Assembly (NCBI GenBank): GCA_041497895.1
Contig: JBGQHJ010000068.1
Coordinates: 1-24,710, forward strand
Direction: 5' to 3'
Origin: Candidatus Methylomirabilia bacterium
GTDB taxonomy: Bacteria; Methylomirabilota; Methylomirabilia; Rokubacteriales; CSP1-6
Length of the DNA: 24,710 nt
Shown here one piece after another: positions 1 to 11,235 of this stretch. Within the stretch, counting starts at the first letter, position 1, and each line of letters begins with the position of its first letter. A program made the position numbers and the translations under genes. The notes under the pieces were generated by a model. That model did not search any database, was not told the DNA's origin, and saw only the letters and a program-made list of their open reading frames with translations.

Positions 1-1
1 G

Positions 2-904
<903 letters not shown>

Positions 905-906
905 GC

Positions 907-2340
907 ATGACCGCGTTCGCGGACTACGAGCGATACGACGCCCTCGGGCTGGCCGACCTGGTCAGGCGGGGCAAGGTGACGCCCACCGAGCTGCTCGAGG
1001 CGGCGATCGAGCGGGTGGAGGCGCGCGACCCGAAGGTGAACGCGGTCATCATGCGCCTCTACGACTACGGCCGGCGCGCGATCGCCGACGGGCTCCCCGA
1101 CGGACCGTTCCGCGGGGTGCCCTTTCTGTTGAAGGACCTGGGCGCCCCGCTCACCGGGGTGACCATGACGCGCGGCAGCCGGTTCTTCGCCGACACCCCG
1201 CCGTCCACGTTCGACAGCGAGAACGTGGCCCGGCTCAAGCGCGCCGGGCTCGTGATCTTCGGCCGCACCAACTCCTGCGAGGTCGGGCTCTCGCTCACCT
1301 GCGAGCCCCAGCTCTACGGCCCCACCCGCAACCCGTGGGACCCGACCCGCATCTCCTCCGGATCGAGCGGTGGGGCCGCCGCCGCGGTGGGCGCGCGCAT
1401 GTTGCCGATGGCGCACGCCAGCGACGGCTTCGGCTCGATCCGCGCCCCCGCCGCGAGCTGCGGGCTGGTGGGGCTCAAGCCCACGCGCGGCCGCAACACC
1501 TTCGCGCCGGTCACCGGCGAGGGCCTCGGCGGCTGCTCCACCGAGCACGCGGTGACGCTCTCGGTGCGGGACAGCGCCGCGCTCCTCGACGCCACCCGCG
1601 GGCCCGGGCCGGGCGACCCCTACACCGCCGCGCCCCCCGTGCGGCCGTATCTCGAGGAGTGCGGGGCGCCGGCGCGGCCGCTCCGCGTCGCCTACACCAC
1701 GGTCGCCCCCAACGGCGCCGCGGTGGATCCCGAGAGCCTCGCCACGCTCCACGACACCGTGAAGCTCTGCGCCCAGCTCGGTCACCAGGTCGAGGAGGCC
1801 GACCCGGAGATCGAGCGCGGCGCGGTCATCCCCACCTTCATCACCCTGGCCGCGGTGAACACGGTGGTGAATCTCTCCACCCACCCCACCGTGGGCCGGC
1901 CCGCCGTCGAGGGCGAGGTGGAGACGGTCACCTGGAACACCGCCAAGATCGGCGAGCGGACCAGCTCGGCGCACTACGTGCGCGCCACCCAGACCGCGCA
2001 TCGGCTCGGCCGCCAGATGGCGGCCTTCCACACGCGCTACGACGTGCTGCTGACTCCGGGGCTCGGCCAGCTCCCGGTCAAGCTCGGCTGGATCGACATG
2101 ATGATGGACGACGTCGAGGAGTACTGGCGGCGCGTCTTCACCTTCTCGCCGTTCACGGTCTGGTTCAACCTGACCGGCCAGCCCGCCATGATGCTGCCGC
2201 TCGGCCAGGCCAAGAGCGGCCTGCCCGTCGCGGTCCAGCTCGTCGCGCGCTTCGGCGACGAGGCGACGCTGTTCCGCCTCGGCGCCCAGCTCGAAGCCGC
2301 CCGCCCCTGGTTCGCCCGCAAGCCCGCGCTCGCCTCGTAG
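907..2340 (+). CDS. Amidase-signature family hydrolase (477 aa)
   Basis: ATG at 907, 2 nt after the thiC stop. [12 protein letters not shown] (catalytic Lys), [46 protein letters not shown]. The part of the tracked ORF upstream of 907 is a shadow of thiC. Confidence 0.93.
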   Translation: MTAFADYERYDALGLADLVRRGKVTPTELLEAAIERVEARDPKVNAVIMRLYDYGRRAIADGLPDGPFRGVPFLLKDLGAPLTGVTMTRGSRFFADTPPSTFDSENVARLKRAGLVIFGRTNSCEVGLSLTCEPQLYGPTRNPWDPTRISSGSSGGAAAAVGARMLPMAHASDGFGSIRAPAASCGLVGLKPTRGRNTFAPVTGEGLGGCSTEHAVTLSVRDSAALLDATRGPGPGDPYTAAPPVRPYLEECGAPARPLRVAYTTVAPNGAAVDPESLATLHDTVKLCAQLGHQVEEADPEIERGAVIPTFITLAAVNTVVNLSTHPTVGRPAVEGEVETVTWNTAKIGERTSSAHYVRATQTAHRLGRQMAAFHTRYDVLLTPGLGQLPVKLGWIDMMMDDVEEYWRRVFTFSPFTVWFNLTGQPAMMLPLGQAKSGLPVAVQLVARFGDEATLFRLGAQLEAARPWFARKPALAS

Positions 2341-2355
2341 ACCTTCGTTCCAGGT

Positions 2356-2468
2356 CTCGCGCTCGCTCGGGCTCCTCGTGAGCGGGCCCGCGCGAGGCGG
2401 CCGGGTCCTGTCGGCGAGGGCGGCTCCCGGCCGGTCTCGGTCGAGGTCGCTCGCGAGGGACCCCGGCC
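2356..2468. repeat. Two GC-rich imperfect inverted repeats between convergent genes (REP-like or terminator-like)
   Basis: CTCGCGC 2356-2362 pairs with GCGCGAG 2390-2396, with inner CGCTC/GAGCG. GGCCGGGTCCT from 2399 pairs imperfectly with AGGGACCCCGGCC ending at 2468. No U-tract on either strand. Confidence 0.45.
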
Positions 2469-2497
2469 AGCGCGGGACGGGCCGGAGCGGGATCAGC

Positions 2498-3529
2498 CTA
2501 GCGTGGCAGAGCCTGTAGCAGGGGCTCGAGGTTCTTGGGGTCGGGCTTGAGCGTGCCGACGCCGTGGCTGCGCACCGCGGCCACCACCGCGTCGTTCACC
2601 GGGGTGGGGATGCCGAGGCGGCGTCCCTGCTGCGCGACGTAGCCGTTCAGATACTCGATCTCGGTGCGGCGGCCCTTCATGACGTCCTGGAGCATCGAGG
2701 GGCGGCCGCCGGTCAGGAACTTGACGCTCGCGCCCATATCGGCCTCCACCGCGTCGAAGCCCTTCCCCTTGGCGGCGTCGACGAAGCGCTGGGCCTCGAT
2801 GCCGTAGATGGGCTCCACCTCGTAACCGGCGGCCCGGCCGACCTGGATCACCTCCGCGGCCACGTGGATGGCGATGCGCCGGGGCACCGGCGCGGTGCGC
2901 ACCTCGGCCGAGCCCAGGCCGCTCAGGCCGGCCAGCGGGTTGGCCATGCAGTTGATCGCGAGCTTGGACCACCGCTCGCCCCACAGGTTGGTCGTCACCT
3001 TGGTGCCGGCCACGTCGTTCATCACCTTCGCGAGCGCCTGGGCCCGCGGGGTATCGCGCCCGTCGTGCTCACCGATCTTGAAGCCCACGCTGCCGGAATC
3101 GGTGCGCATCGCGTGGCCGGGCTCGTACATGCCGGCGCCGATGGTGATCACGCAGCCGAGGCAGCGGTCCTTGCCCACCACCTGAGCCACCCGCTCGTCG
3201 TTGATCCCGTTCTGGAAGTCGACCACTACGCCGTCCGGCTGCTTGAGGTAGGTGAGCGCCATCTGGGCCGCCCACTCGGTGTCGTAGGACTTGACCGCGA
3301 CGAAGATCGCCTCGAACGGCGTCGACACTCCCTGCAGCTCGTGGATGTGGAGCGCCCTCACCGGGATGGTGTGCTCGCCGCAGGTGCCGGAGAGCCTGAG
3401 GCCCCGGCTCTTCATGGTCTCGATGTGCTCGGGCCACTGGTCGACCAGCGTCACGTCGTGCCCGGCCTTGGTGAGCAGCCCTCCGACCACGCAGCCGATC
3501 GCTCCCGCTCCGAAGACCCCGATCCTCAT
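2498..3529 (-). CDS. panE: 2-dehydropantoate 2-reductase (ketopantoate reductase family)
   Basis: MRIGVFGAGAIG Rossmann motif, AVKSYD, FQNGI, WSKLAIN, RPSMLQD, RTEIEYLNG. GGAGGAG SD at 3539-3545; ATGA overlap with the tag stop. Confidence 0.88.
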   Translation of the reverse strand: MRIGVFGAGAIGCVVGGLLTKAGHDVTLVDQWPEHIETMKSRGLRLSGTCGEHTIPVRALHIHELQGVSTPFEAIFVAVKSYDTEWAAQMALTYLKQPDGVVVDFQNGINDERVAQVVGKDRCLGCVITIGAGMYEPGHAMRTDSGSVGFKIGEHDGRDTPRAQALAKVMNDVAGTKVTTNLWGERWSKLAINCMANPLAGLSGLGSAEVRTAPVPRRIAIHVAAEVIQVGRAAGYEVEPIYGIEAQRFVDAAKGKGFDAVEADMGASVKFLTGGRPSMLQDVMKGRRTEIEYLNGYVAQQGRRLGIPTPVNDAVVAAVRSHGVGTLKPDPKNLEPLLQALPR

Positions 3530-4107
3530 TGCCGTCGACTCCTCCGCTTGGAATACCGAAAGCACGTCGTGATGTGGTCGTTGACCATGCCGGTGGCCTG
3601 CATGAACGCGTAGCAGATGGTGGGGCCGACGAAGCGGAAGCCGCGCTTGACGAGGGCCTTGCTCATCGCCCGGGAGGCCGCGGTCTCGGCCGGCACCTGC
3701 CCCATCGCGGTCCACGCGTTCACGATGGGCTCGCCGTCGACGAACTGCCACAGGTAGGCGGCGAGGCCGCCGTGCTCGTCCTGCACGGCCAGCACCTGCC
3801 GCGCGTTGGCCACGGTGGCCTCGATCTTCAGCCGGTTCCGCACGATGCCCGGATCCCGCATGAGCGCCGCGCGCCGGCGCGCGTCGAAGCGGGCCACCCG
3901 GGCCGGATCGAAGCCCGCGAAGGCCCTCCGGTAGTTCTCGCGCTTGCGCAGAATGGTGGACCACGAGAGCCCGGCCTGGGCCCCCTCGAGGATCAGCATC
4001 TCGAAGAGGTGCCGGTCGTCGCGGGACGGGACGCCCCACTCGGTGTCGTGGTACTCGATCTCCAGCGGGCCTCCGTTGGCCCAGGCGCAGCGGGTCGGCA
4101 CGGGCAC
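3526..4107 (-). CDS. tag: DNA-3-methyladenine glycosylase I
   Basis: RCAW...YHDTEWGVP, LFEMLILEGAQAGLSW, GIVRNRLKI, FVGPTICYAFMQATGMVNDH..C (Zn ligands). GTG start 1 nt after the ntrC stop. Confidence 0.96.
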   Translation of the reverse strand: MPVPTRCAWANGGPLEIEYHDTEWGVPSRDDRHLFEMLILEGAQAGLSWSTILRKRENYRRAFAGFDPARVARFDARRRAALMRDPGIVRNRLKIEATVANARQVLAVQDEHGGLAAYLWQFVDGEPIVNAWTAMGQVPAETAASRAMSKALVKRGFRFVGPTICYAFMQATGMVNDHITTCFRYSKRRSRRQ

Positions 4108-4108
4108 C

Positions 4109-5535
<1,427 letters not shown>

Positions 5536-5539
<4 letters not shown>

Positions 5540-5676
5540 AGCGGTCTGCGATGGAAGACATCGCGAGTGCGTCGTGGCCTCTTCGCGCAAGCGGATGTTC
5601 TGAACCTCTTCGCGCAAGCGCTCATCGGGTGCGTCCGCGCCACCGTCCACATCCTCCGCTCGCGGAGGGTGCTCAT
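5536..5676 (-). other. Putative 46-aa spacer ORF overlapping the ntrB stop and ntrC start
   Basis: ATG 5676-5674 overlaps the ntrB TGA (ATGA) and its TGA 5538-5536 overlaps the ntrC ATG (ATGA). Sequence MSTLRERRMWTVARTHPMSACAKRFRTSACAKRPRRTRDVFHRRPL. No evidence of expression. Confidence 0.4.
5578..5620. repeat. 16-bp perfect direct repeat CCTCTTCGCGCAAGCG x2
   Basis: Copies at 5578-5593 and 5605-5620, period 27 bp. Confidence 0.9.
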
Positions 5677-6752
5677 CGGGCGATCGGAAGGAAGCAGGAC
5701 ATGGTGGTGCCGCGGCCGGGCTCGCTCGCGACCTGGATCGCGCCGCGATGCTCCTCGATGATCCGGTGGCAGAGAGCGAGCCCGAGGCCGAGCCCCTTGT
5801 CCTTGGTGGTGAAGAACGGGGTGAAGAGCCGCGTGCGGATCGCCTCGGGGATGCCCTGGCCGTCGTCCATCACCTGGATCTCGGCCATGCTGCGCTGACC
5901 GTGGCCCAGGTCCACCTTGGCGAAGAGCGGGTTCATGCTGAGCCGGGTGACCAGGGTGAGCCGTCCGCCCCGGTCCATCGCCTCGACCGCGTTGCGCACC
6001 AGGTTGTGGAAGACCTGGAGGATCCGGTCCTCGTCGGCCAGGATGGGCGGCAGGCTCGGGTCGTAGCGCCGGACGATGTGGACGCCCCGCTGGCCCGCCA
6101 TCTCCTCGGCGAGCAGTGCCACGCGCTCGAGCAGCTGGTGGACGTTGAGGGGCACCGGCCGCAGCGTCACCGGGCGGCCGATGTCGAGCAGCATCTCGAT
6201 GATGCGGTTGACCCGGTCGACCTCCTTGATGAGCACGTCGGTGTACTCACCGAGGCGCGGGTCGTCGCCGAGCTCGCGTCGCATGAGCTGCACCGCGCCC
6301 CGGATGGCGCCGAGCGGGTTGCGGATCTCGTGGGCCAGGCCCATCGCGATCTGGCCGGCCGCGGCCAGCGTCTCCCCGCGCCGCACCTCGGCCTCGAGCT
6401 GGTGGAGGCGGGTGATGTCGCGGATCACCGCGACCGCGGCCTCGACGTCGCCGCTCCGCGCCAGCGGGGCGGTGACGATGCTGACGTGGACCGGCCGGCC
6501 GTCGCCGCTCTCGATCACCGCCTCCGACTCCGAGCGGCTCTCGCCGGTGGCGAGCGTGTCGCCCAGGTGACGCACCAGCGAGGTGTCGGGCGGGAAGACC
6601 TCCTTGAGGGCGCGCCCGACGGTTCGCCGCGCGGAGCGGCCCAGGAGGGACTCGGCGGCGGGGTTCCAGAGCGTCACGCGCAGGGCGTCGTCGACGCCCA
6701 CCACCGCGTCGGGGAGGCCGGCGAGGAGCCCTTCGTAGTCGAGGCGGGCCAC
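5673..6752 (-). CDS. ntrB: PAS-domain sensor histidine kinase, NtrB/GlnL-like
   Basis: N-terminal PAS (WNPAAESLLG), H-box LAHEIRNPLGAIRGA, RRYDPSLPPI..D..RILQVFHNLVRNA, DDGQGIP, PFFTTK..GLGLGL. No evident TM helix. Confidence 0.85.
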   Translation of the reverse strand: MARLDYEGLLAGLPDAVVGVDDALRVTLWNPAAESLLGRSARRTVGRALKEVFPPDTSLVRHLGDTLATGESRSESEAVIESGDGRPVHVSIVTAPLARSGDVEAAVAVIRDITRLHQLEAEVRRGETLAAAGQIAMGLAHEIRNPLGAIRGAVQLMRRELGDDPRLGEYTDVLIKEVDRVNRIIEMLLDIGRPVTLRPVPLNVHQLLERVALLAEEMAGQRGVHIVRRYDPSLPPILADEDRILQVFHNLVRNAVEAMDRGGRLTLVTRLSMNPLFAKVDLGHGQRSMAEIQVMDDGQGIPEAIRTRLFTPFFTTKDKGLGLGLALCHRIIEEHRGAIQVASEPGRGTTMSCFLPIAR

Positions 6753-6777
6753 GGGGGCGCTCAGGCGGACGCGGCGC

Positions 6778-7779
6778 TCACGCCAGCGCCAGGTCGGGGA
6801 CGGCGTTGAGGGAGAGCGGGGCGCGCTCGCCCGCCTCGAGGCGGTCGTGGCCGGCCGCCGCGATCATGGCCGCGTTGTCGGTGCAGAGCCGGCGCGCCGG
6901 CACGTGCAACACCCACCCGTGCTCGCGGCACTCGCCCTCGAGCGCCACGCGCAGCGCGGTGTTCGCGGCCACGCCGCCGGTGAGCACGACGCGCCGCACC
7001 CCGTAGTGCAGCGCGGCCTTCGTGGTCTTGCGCACCAGCATCTTGACCGCGGTGGCCTGGAACGACGCGGCCACGTCGGCCACCTGCGCGGGACCGAGCG
7101 GGCCGGCGCGGCGCACGTGCAGCGAGACCGCGGTCTTGATGCCGCTGAACGAGAAGTCGGGCGCCCCGTCGCTCATGTGGGCGGTCGGGAACGCGATGGC
7201 GCGGGGATCGCCGTGGCGCGCGACCCGCTCGACGGCGGGGCCACCCGGGAAGCCCAGGCCGAGCAGCTTGGCGACCTTGTCGAAGGCCTCGCCGGCCGCG
7301 TCGTCGCGGGTCTGCCCGATGCGCTCGTAGCGGCGCGGCTCGCGGGCCAGGTAGAGCGCGGTGTGCCCGCCCGAGACGACGAGCGCGAGGAACGGATGCA
7401 CGGGGGGCTCGCCCTCCAGGAAGGCGGCGTAGATGTGGCCCTCCAGGTGATTGACGCCGACCAGGGGCCGGCGGCGGGCGTAGGCGATCGCCTTGGCCGC
7501 CGAGCAGCCGACGAGGAGCGAGCCGACGAGTCCGGGGCCGTAGGTCACCGCGAGGCCGTCCACGTCGTCGAGGGCCATGCCGGCGGTCTCGAGCGCGCGC
7601 CGCACCACCGGCACCAGGACATCCAGGTGCCGGCGGGAGGCCAGCTCGGGCACCACCCCGCCGTAGGGGGCGTGGACGTCGTCCTGCGAGGCGACGACGC
7701 TCGAGAGCACCTTGCGGCCGCCGTCCACCACCGCGGCGGCGGTCTCGTCACAGGAGGTCTCGATGCCGAGCACGATCAT
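6778..7779 (-). CDS. tsaD: tRNA N6-adenosine threonylcarbamoyltransferase
   Basis: LGIETSCDET, GGVVPELASRRH, GPGLVGSL, HLEGH, VSGGHT, DDAAGEAFDK, CTDNAAMIA. Confidence 0.98.
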   Translation of the reverse strand: MIVLGIETSCDETAAAVVDGGRKVLSSVVASQDDVHAPYGGVVPELASRRHLDVLVPVVRRALETAGMALDDVDGLAVTYGPGLVGSLLVGCSAAKAIAYARRRPLVGVNHLEGHIYAAFLEGEPPVHPFLALVVSGGHTALYLAREPRRYERIGQTRDDAAGEAFDKVAKLLGLGFPGGPAVERVARHGDPRAIAFPTAHMSDGAPDFSFSGIKTAVSLHVRRAGPLGPAQVADVAASFQATAVKMLVRKTTKAALHYGVRRVVLTGGVAANTALRVALEGECREHGWVLHVPARRLCTDNAAMIAAAGHDRLEAGERAPLSLNAVPDLALA

Positions 7780-7789
7780 GTCGTAGAGC

Positions 7790-8671
7790 CTAGCGCGCCA
7801 GAGTCGACACGGGAACGAGCCTCAGCCCGCGCGCCTCCCACCGCGGCACGTATTCCTTCAAGAGCCTCACCGTCAGCGGGTGGCCGTGCGCCACCACGAT
7901 CACCTCGCCCCGCCGCTCCGCCCATCCCGCCACCTCGTCCCAGCGTACCCGGTCCCCCGCGTCCCCGCGGGCGTGATCCACCAGGATCTGTCGGCGCGCC
8001 GCCCGCACTCCCGCGCCGCGCGCCTCGTCGAAGGCCAGCGACTGGCTGGACGTGTACGCGTCCACCAGGAACAGCCGCCGAGCCACCAGCACGTCGATCA
8101 TCGCCCGCATCCGCGTCCGGTCCTCGGTGAGTCGCGAGCCCATCCGGTTCATCACCCCGACCGCCGGGGCCACCGTCTCGAGCTGCTTGCCCACCGCCTG
8201 CTGGATCTCGCCGGGGGACATCGACGCCAGCAGCACCCCGGGGCCCGGATCGAGCTCCGGGTACCGGTACGGCTCCATCGGCACGTCCAGCAGCACCTCC
8301 ATGCCGGCCCGGAACGCGTCCCGCGCGATCGACGCGGACAGCGGCAGGGCCGGCAGCACCGCGACTGTCAGGGGCCGCCGGATCTCCCGCAGCACGTCGA
8401 ACACGTCCCGACGGCCGCCCAGATCGTCGACGATGACCGCGATCCGGGGCGCTCCCGGTGATGGCGGAGCCGGGGCCGGCTCGAGCTCGAGGCTCGCCCG
8501 GGGGAGCGTCGGCGCCGACGGAGCGATCGACCGCGGCGGGGGCGAGCCGATGAGCCCGCGCCCGAACAGGCTCGCCTCCCCACGACGGGCCTGCCACTGG
8601 TCCAGACCGACGACCGCGATCAGCAGGAGCACGATGAGGCCGGCGAGAGCCTTCCACACTCTCGCCGGCAC
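7790..8671 (-). CDS. Divergent polysaccharide deacetylase family protein (YibQ-like) with N-terminal TM anchor
   Basis: N-terminal hydrophobic helix, Pro-rich linker, IAVIVDDLG, VPMEP, GVMNRMGS, FLVD..TS, VAHGHP; typical position after envC-ctpA. Confidence 0.85.
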   Translation of the reverse strand: MPARVWKALAGLIVLLLIAVVGLDQWQARRGEASLFGRGLIGSPPPRSIAPSAPTLPRASLELEPAPAPPSPGAPRIAVIVDDLGGRRDVFDVLREIRRPLTVAVLPALPLSASIARDAFRAGMEVLLDVPMEPYRYPELDPGPGVLLASMSPGEIQQAVGKQLETVAPAVGVMNRMGSRLTEDRTRMRAMIDVLVARRLFLVDAYTSSQSLAFDEARGAGVRAARRQILVDHARGDAGDRVRWDEVAGWAERRGEVIVVAHGHPLTVRLLKEYVPRWEARGLRLVPVSTLAR

Positions 8672-8690
8672 TCGTGGGCTCCCCGTCGGC

Positions 8691-9968
8691 CTAGCGGGCC
8701 TGAGCCTGCGCCGGCGCCGGCCGGCTCTTGTCCAGGATCTTCATCGCCTTCAGCAGGTCGAGCGCGCGCTGCAGCTGCGGGTCCCGCTTGAGCTGCTCCT
8801 GCGGGGTCTCGGCCACCGGAGGCGTGGGATTCGGGTTCTCCCCCGTGGGAGCCTGGGCGGTCGTCTTCGGCCCGTCCACCACGATGTCGGGGGTGATGCC
8901 CTTGCCGTGAATCGACCGGCCCTTCGGGGTGAAGTACTTGGCGGTGGTCAGCCGCAGCCCCGAGCCGTCCGAGAGCGGGATGATGGTCTGCACCGAGCCC
9001 TTGCCGAAGCTCTGCGTGCCCAGCACCACCGCGCGGCCGTAGTCCTGCAGCGCTCCAGCCACGATCTCGGAGGCGGACGCGCTGCCCTGATTGACCAGCA
9101 CCACCACCGGGAAATCGGTGAAGGACCGCTTGGCGTTCGAGGAGAAGCGCATGTTCTGGTTACGCACGCGGCCCTCGGTGTAGACGACCAGCTTGCCGGG
9201 CTCGAGGAACTTCTCGGTCACCTCGACCGCGGAGGTGAGCAGGCCGCCCGGGTTGTTGCGCAGGTCGAGCACCAGGCCCTGGATCTTGCCGTCCTTGGAG
9301 TACTTCTCGAGGGCGGCCTCCAGGTCGTTCGAGGTCTGCTCCTGGAACTGGCGCAGCCGGATGTACTCGATGCCGGGCTCGAGCTGGTTGTTCTTCACCG
9401 ACTGCACCCGGATCTGCTCGCGGGTGATCAGGAAGTCCTTCGGCTCGGTCCAGCCCTCGCGCACGATGGTGACCGTGATCTTGCTGCCCGGCTTGCCCCG
9501 CATGCGCTTGACCGCGTCGGCCAGCTGCATGTCCTTGGTCGAGAGGCCCTCGATCTTGAGGATGCGGTCGCCCGGCTGGATGCCCGCGCGGTAGGCCGGG
9601 GTGCCCTCGATGGGCGCCACCACCGTCAGCACGTCGTCGCGCAGGGTGATCTCGATACCGAGCCCGCCGAAGGACCCGCTCGTCTCGACCTGCATCTCCC
9701 GGTACATGTCGGGGTCGAGGAACGAGGAGTGCGGGTCGAGCCCCCGCAGCGTGCCCTTGATCGCGTTGTAGATGAGATCCTTGGGCGGGACCTCGTCCAC
9801 GTACTGGCTCTGCACGATCGAGAGCACCTCGGTGAACAGCCGCAGGTTCTCGTAGGTGGCCGCGGTGTCGTTGCCCTTGCTCGCTACCCCGCCGCCGAGC
9901 GACAGGGTGAGGATGAGCAGCAGCGCGGAGATCATGACCACCTTCTTCATGTGCCGGATGGGCCGCAT
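8691..9968 (-). CDS. ctpA: Carboxy-terminal processing protease, S41A family (PDZ + S41)
   Basis: Signal peptide, LDPHSSFL, FGGLGIEI, DLRNNPGG, GSASASEIVAGALQD, FGKGSVQ. GGAGG SD upstream of ATG 9968 (alternative ATG at 9950). Confidence 0.95.
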   Translation of the reverse strand: MRPIRHMKKVVMISALLLILTLSLGGGVASKGNDTAATYENLRLFTEVLSIVQSQYVDEVPPKDLIYNAIKGTLRGLDPHSSFLDPDMYREMQVETSGSFGGLGIEITLRDDVLTVVAPIEGTPAYRAGIQPGDRILKIEGLSTKDMQLADAVKRMRGKPGSKITVTIVREGWTEPKDFLITREQIRVQSVKNNQLEPGIEYIRLRQFQEQTSNDLEAALEKYSKDGKIQGLVLDLRNNPGGLLTSAVEVTEKFLEPGKLVVYTEGRVRNQNMRFSSNAKRSFTDFPVVVLVNQGSASASEIVAGALQDYGRAVVLGTQSFGKGSVQTIIPLSDGSGLRLTTAKYFTPKGRSIHGKGITPDIVVDGPKTTAQAPTGENPNPTPPVAETPQEQLKRDPQLQRALDLLKAMKILDKSRPAPAQAQAR

Positions 9969-9996
9969 CGTGTACGCCTCCGTTCCGTTCTTGAAC

Positions 9997-11235
9997 TTAC
10001 CCCTTCGGGCGCAGCCACTGCGCCGGGTCCTGGGGCTTGCCTTCGTGCCGGACCTCGAAATACAAGCGCGGCCCCTGCAGCGAGCCGGTGTCTCCGACCG
10101 TGCCGATGATCTGGCCCTGCTTCACCTCGTCGCCCTCGGTGACCCGGATATCGGCCGCGTGGGCGTAGACCGTGTAGTACTCCCCTCCGTGATCCACGAT
10201 GATCAGGTTCCCGTAGCCCCGGAACCATCCCGTGTACACCACGTGCCCGGGGAACACCGCCGCGATGCTCGAGCCCTCGGTGGCCTCGATGTCGATCCCG
10301 TTGCGGAACGTCTTCGTCCCGAAGCGCGGATTGACCTGCGGACCGTACTCCGCGACCACCCGACCGTCCGCCGGCCACGTGAGCCGCCCCCGCAGCGCCG
10401 CGAACCCGGTGCCCGACGGCGCGTCGCCCGGCGCCGGTCGCGCCGGCCGGCTCGGGGGCGGCACCTTCGCCACCGCCCGCCGCTGCCTCTCCTGCAGGTC
10501 CCGGATGAACGCCTCGAGCCGGCGGGTCGCCTCGGACAGCTCGCCCACCATCCGATCGTGGTAGGCACGCTCGTCCTGCACCTTCGACAGCAGCGCGCGA
10601 CGCTTCGCCGCCTCCTGGTCGAACTCGAGCCGCTCCTGCTCCGCCTCGGACTTGAGCGACGCCAGCTCCTTGCCGCGCGCCTCCACCCGGCTCTTGCGAT
10701 CCGCCAGGACCTCGGACGTCACACGATACTCTCGAATGAGACGGGCGTCCACCGAGGCCAGGGTGGTCAGGTGGCGGAGCTGGACCGCCTGGTTCACCGG
10801 GTCGTCGCCGGACAGCACGATGGGCAGCACTCCGCCCTGGGCCTGCAGCTTGTAGAGCGCCCGCAGCCGGCGCCCGAGGACGTCCTCCTGGCCGGAGCGT
10901 CGCGTCTGGAGCCGACCGATCTCGCCCTGCAGCTCCGCGATGTCGGCCTGCGCCCGGCGCATGCGTCCGTCGATGGCGGCCACCTGCTTGCGCTTCTCGG
11001 TGAGCCGCTGGTCGATGGCCTCGAGCGCGCTCAGCACGCTCGCCTCGCGCTTGCGCGCGTCGGCCGCCTTCTCGCGCTCTTCCTTGAGCTGCTTCTGGGT
11101 CTGGTGCAGATCGCGCTGCTTGTCGCCGATATCGGCGGGGCCCTCACGCTTGGTCGCCTGAGCCCAGCCCGGGCTCGGCATGAGCAGGCCGGGCGCCATC
11201 GCGAGGGTGAGAGCGAGCAGCCAGCCGCGCATCAT
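9997..11235 (-). CDS. envC: EnvC-like murein hydrolase activator (coiled coil + degenerate M23/LytM)
   Basis: Signal peptide ending ..GWA-Q, long coiled coil, C-terminal LTWPADG, NGIDI, GYGNLIIVDHG, LYFEVR. Zn-ligand His residues replaced, as in EnvC. ATGA overlap with ftsX. Confidence 0.85.
   Translation of the reverse strand: MMRGWLLALTLAMAPGLLMPSPGWAQATKREGPADIGDKQRDLHQTQKQLKEEREKAADARKREASVLSALEAIDQRLTEKRKQVAAIDGRMRRAQADIAELQGEIGRLQTRRSGQEDVLGRRLRALYKLQAQGGVLPIVLSGDDPVNQAVQLRHLTTLASVDARLIREYRVTSEVLADRKSRVEARGKELASLKSEAEQERLEFDQEAAKRRALLSKVQDERAYHDRMVGELSEATRRLEAFIRDLQERQRRAVAKVPPPSRPARPAPGDAPSGTGFAALRGRLTWPADGRVVAEYGPQVNPRFGTKTFRNGIDIEATEGSSIAAVFPGHVVYTGWFRGYGNLIIVDHGGEYYTVYAHAADIRVTEGDEVKQGQIIGTVGDTGSLQGPRLYFEVRHEGKPQDPAQWLRPKG

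Noticed and set aside
3530..4039. N-terminal extension of panE (513-aa ORF)
   Set aside because: It overlaps tag in another frame; panE has its own SD and Rossmann start at 3529.
5578..5620. CRISPR-like mini-array
   Set aside because: Only two 16-bp copies with an 11-bp spacer, and no cas genes.
10060..10305. Loss of M23 zinc-binding histidines (RNGID, RLY) as a novelty
   Set aside because: A degenerate LytM site is the known hallmark of EnvC activators.
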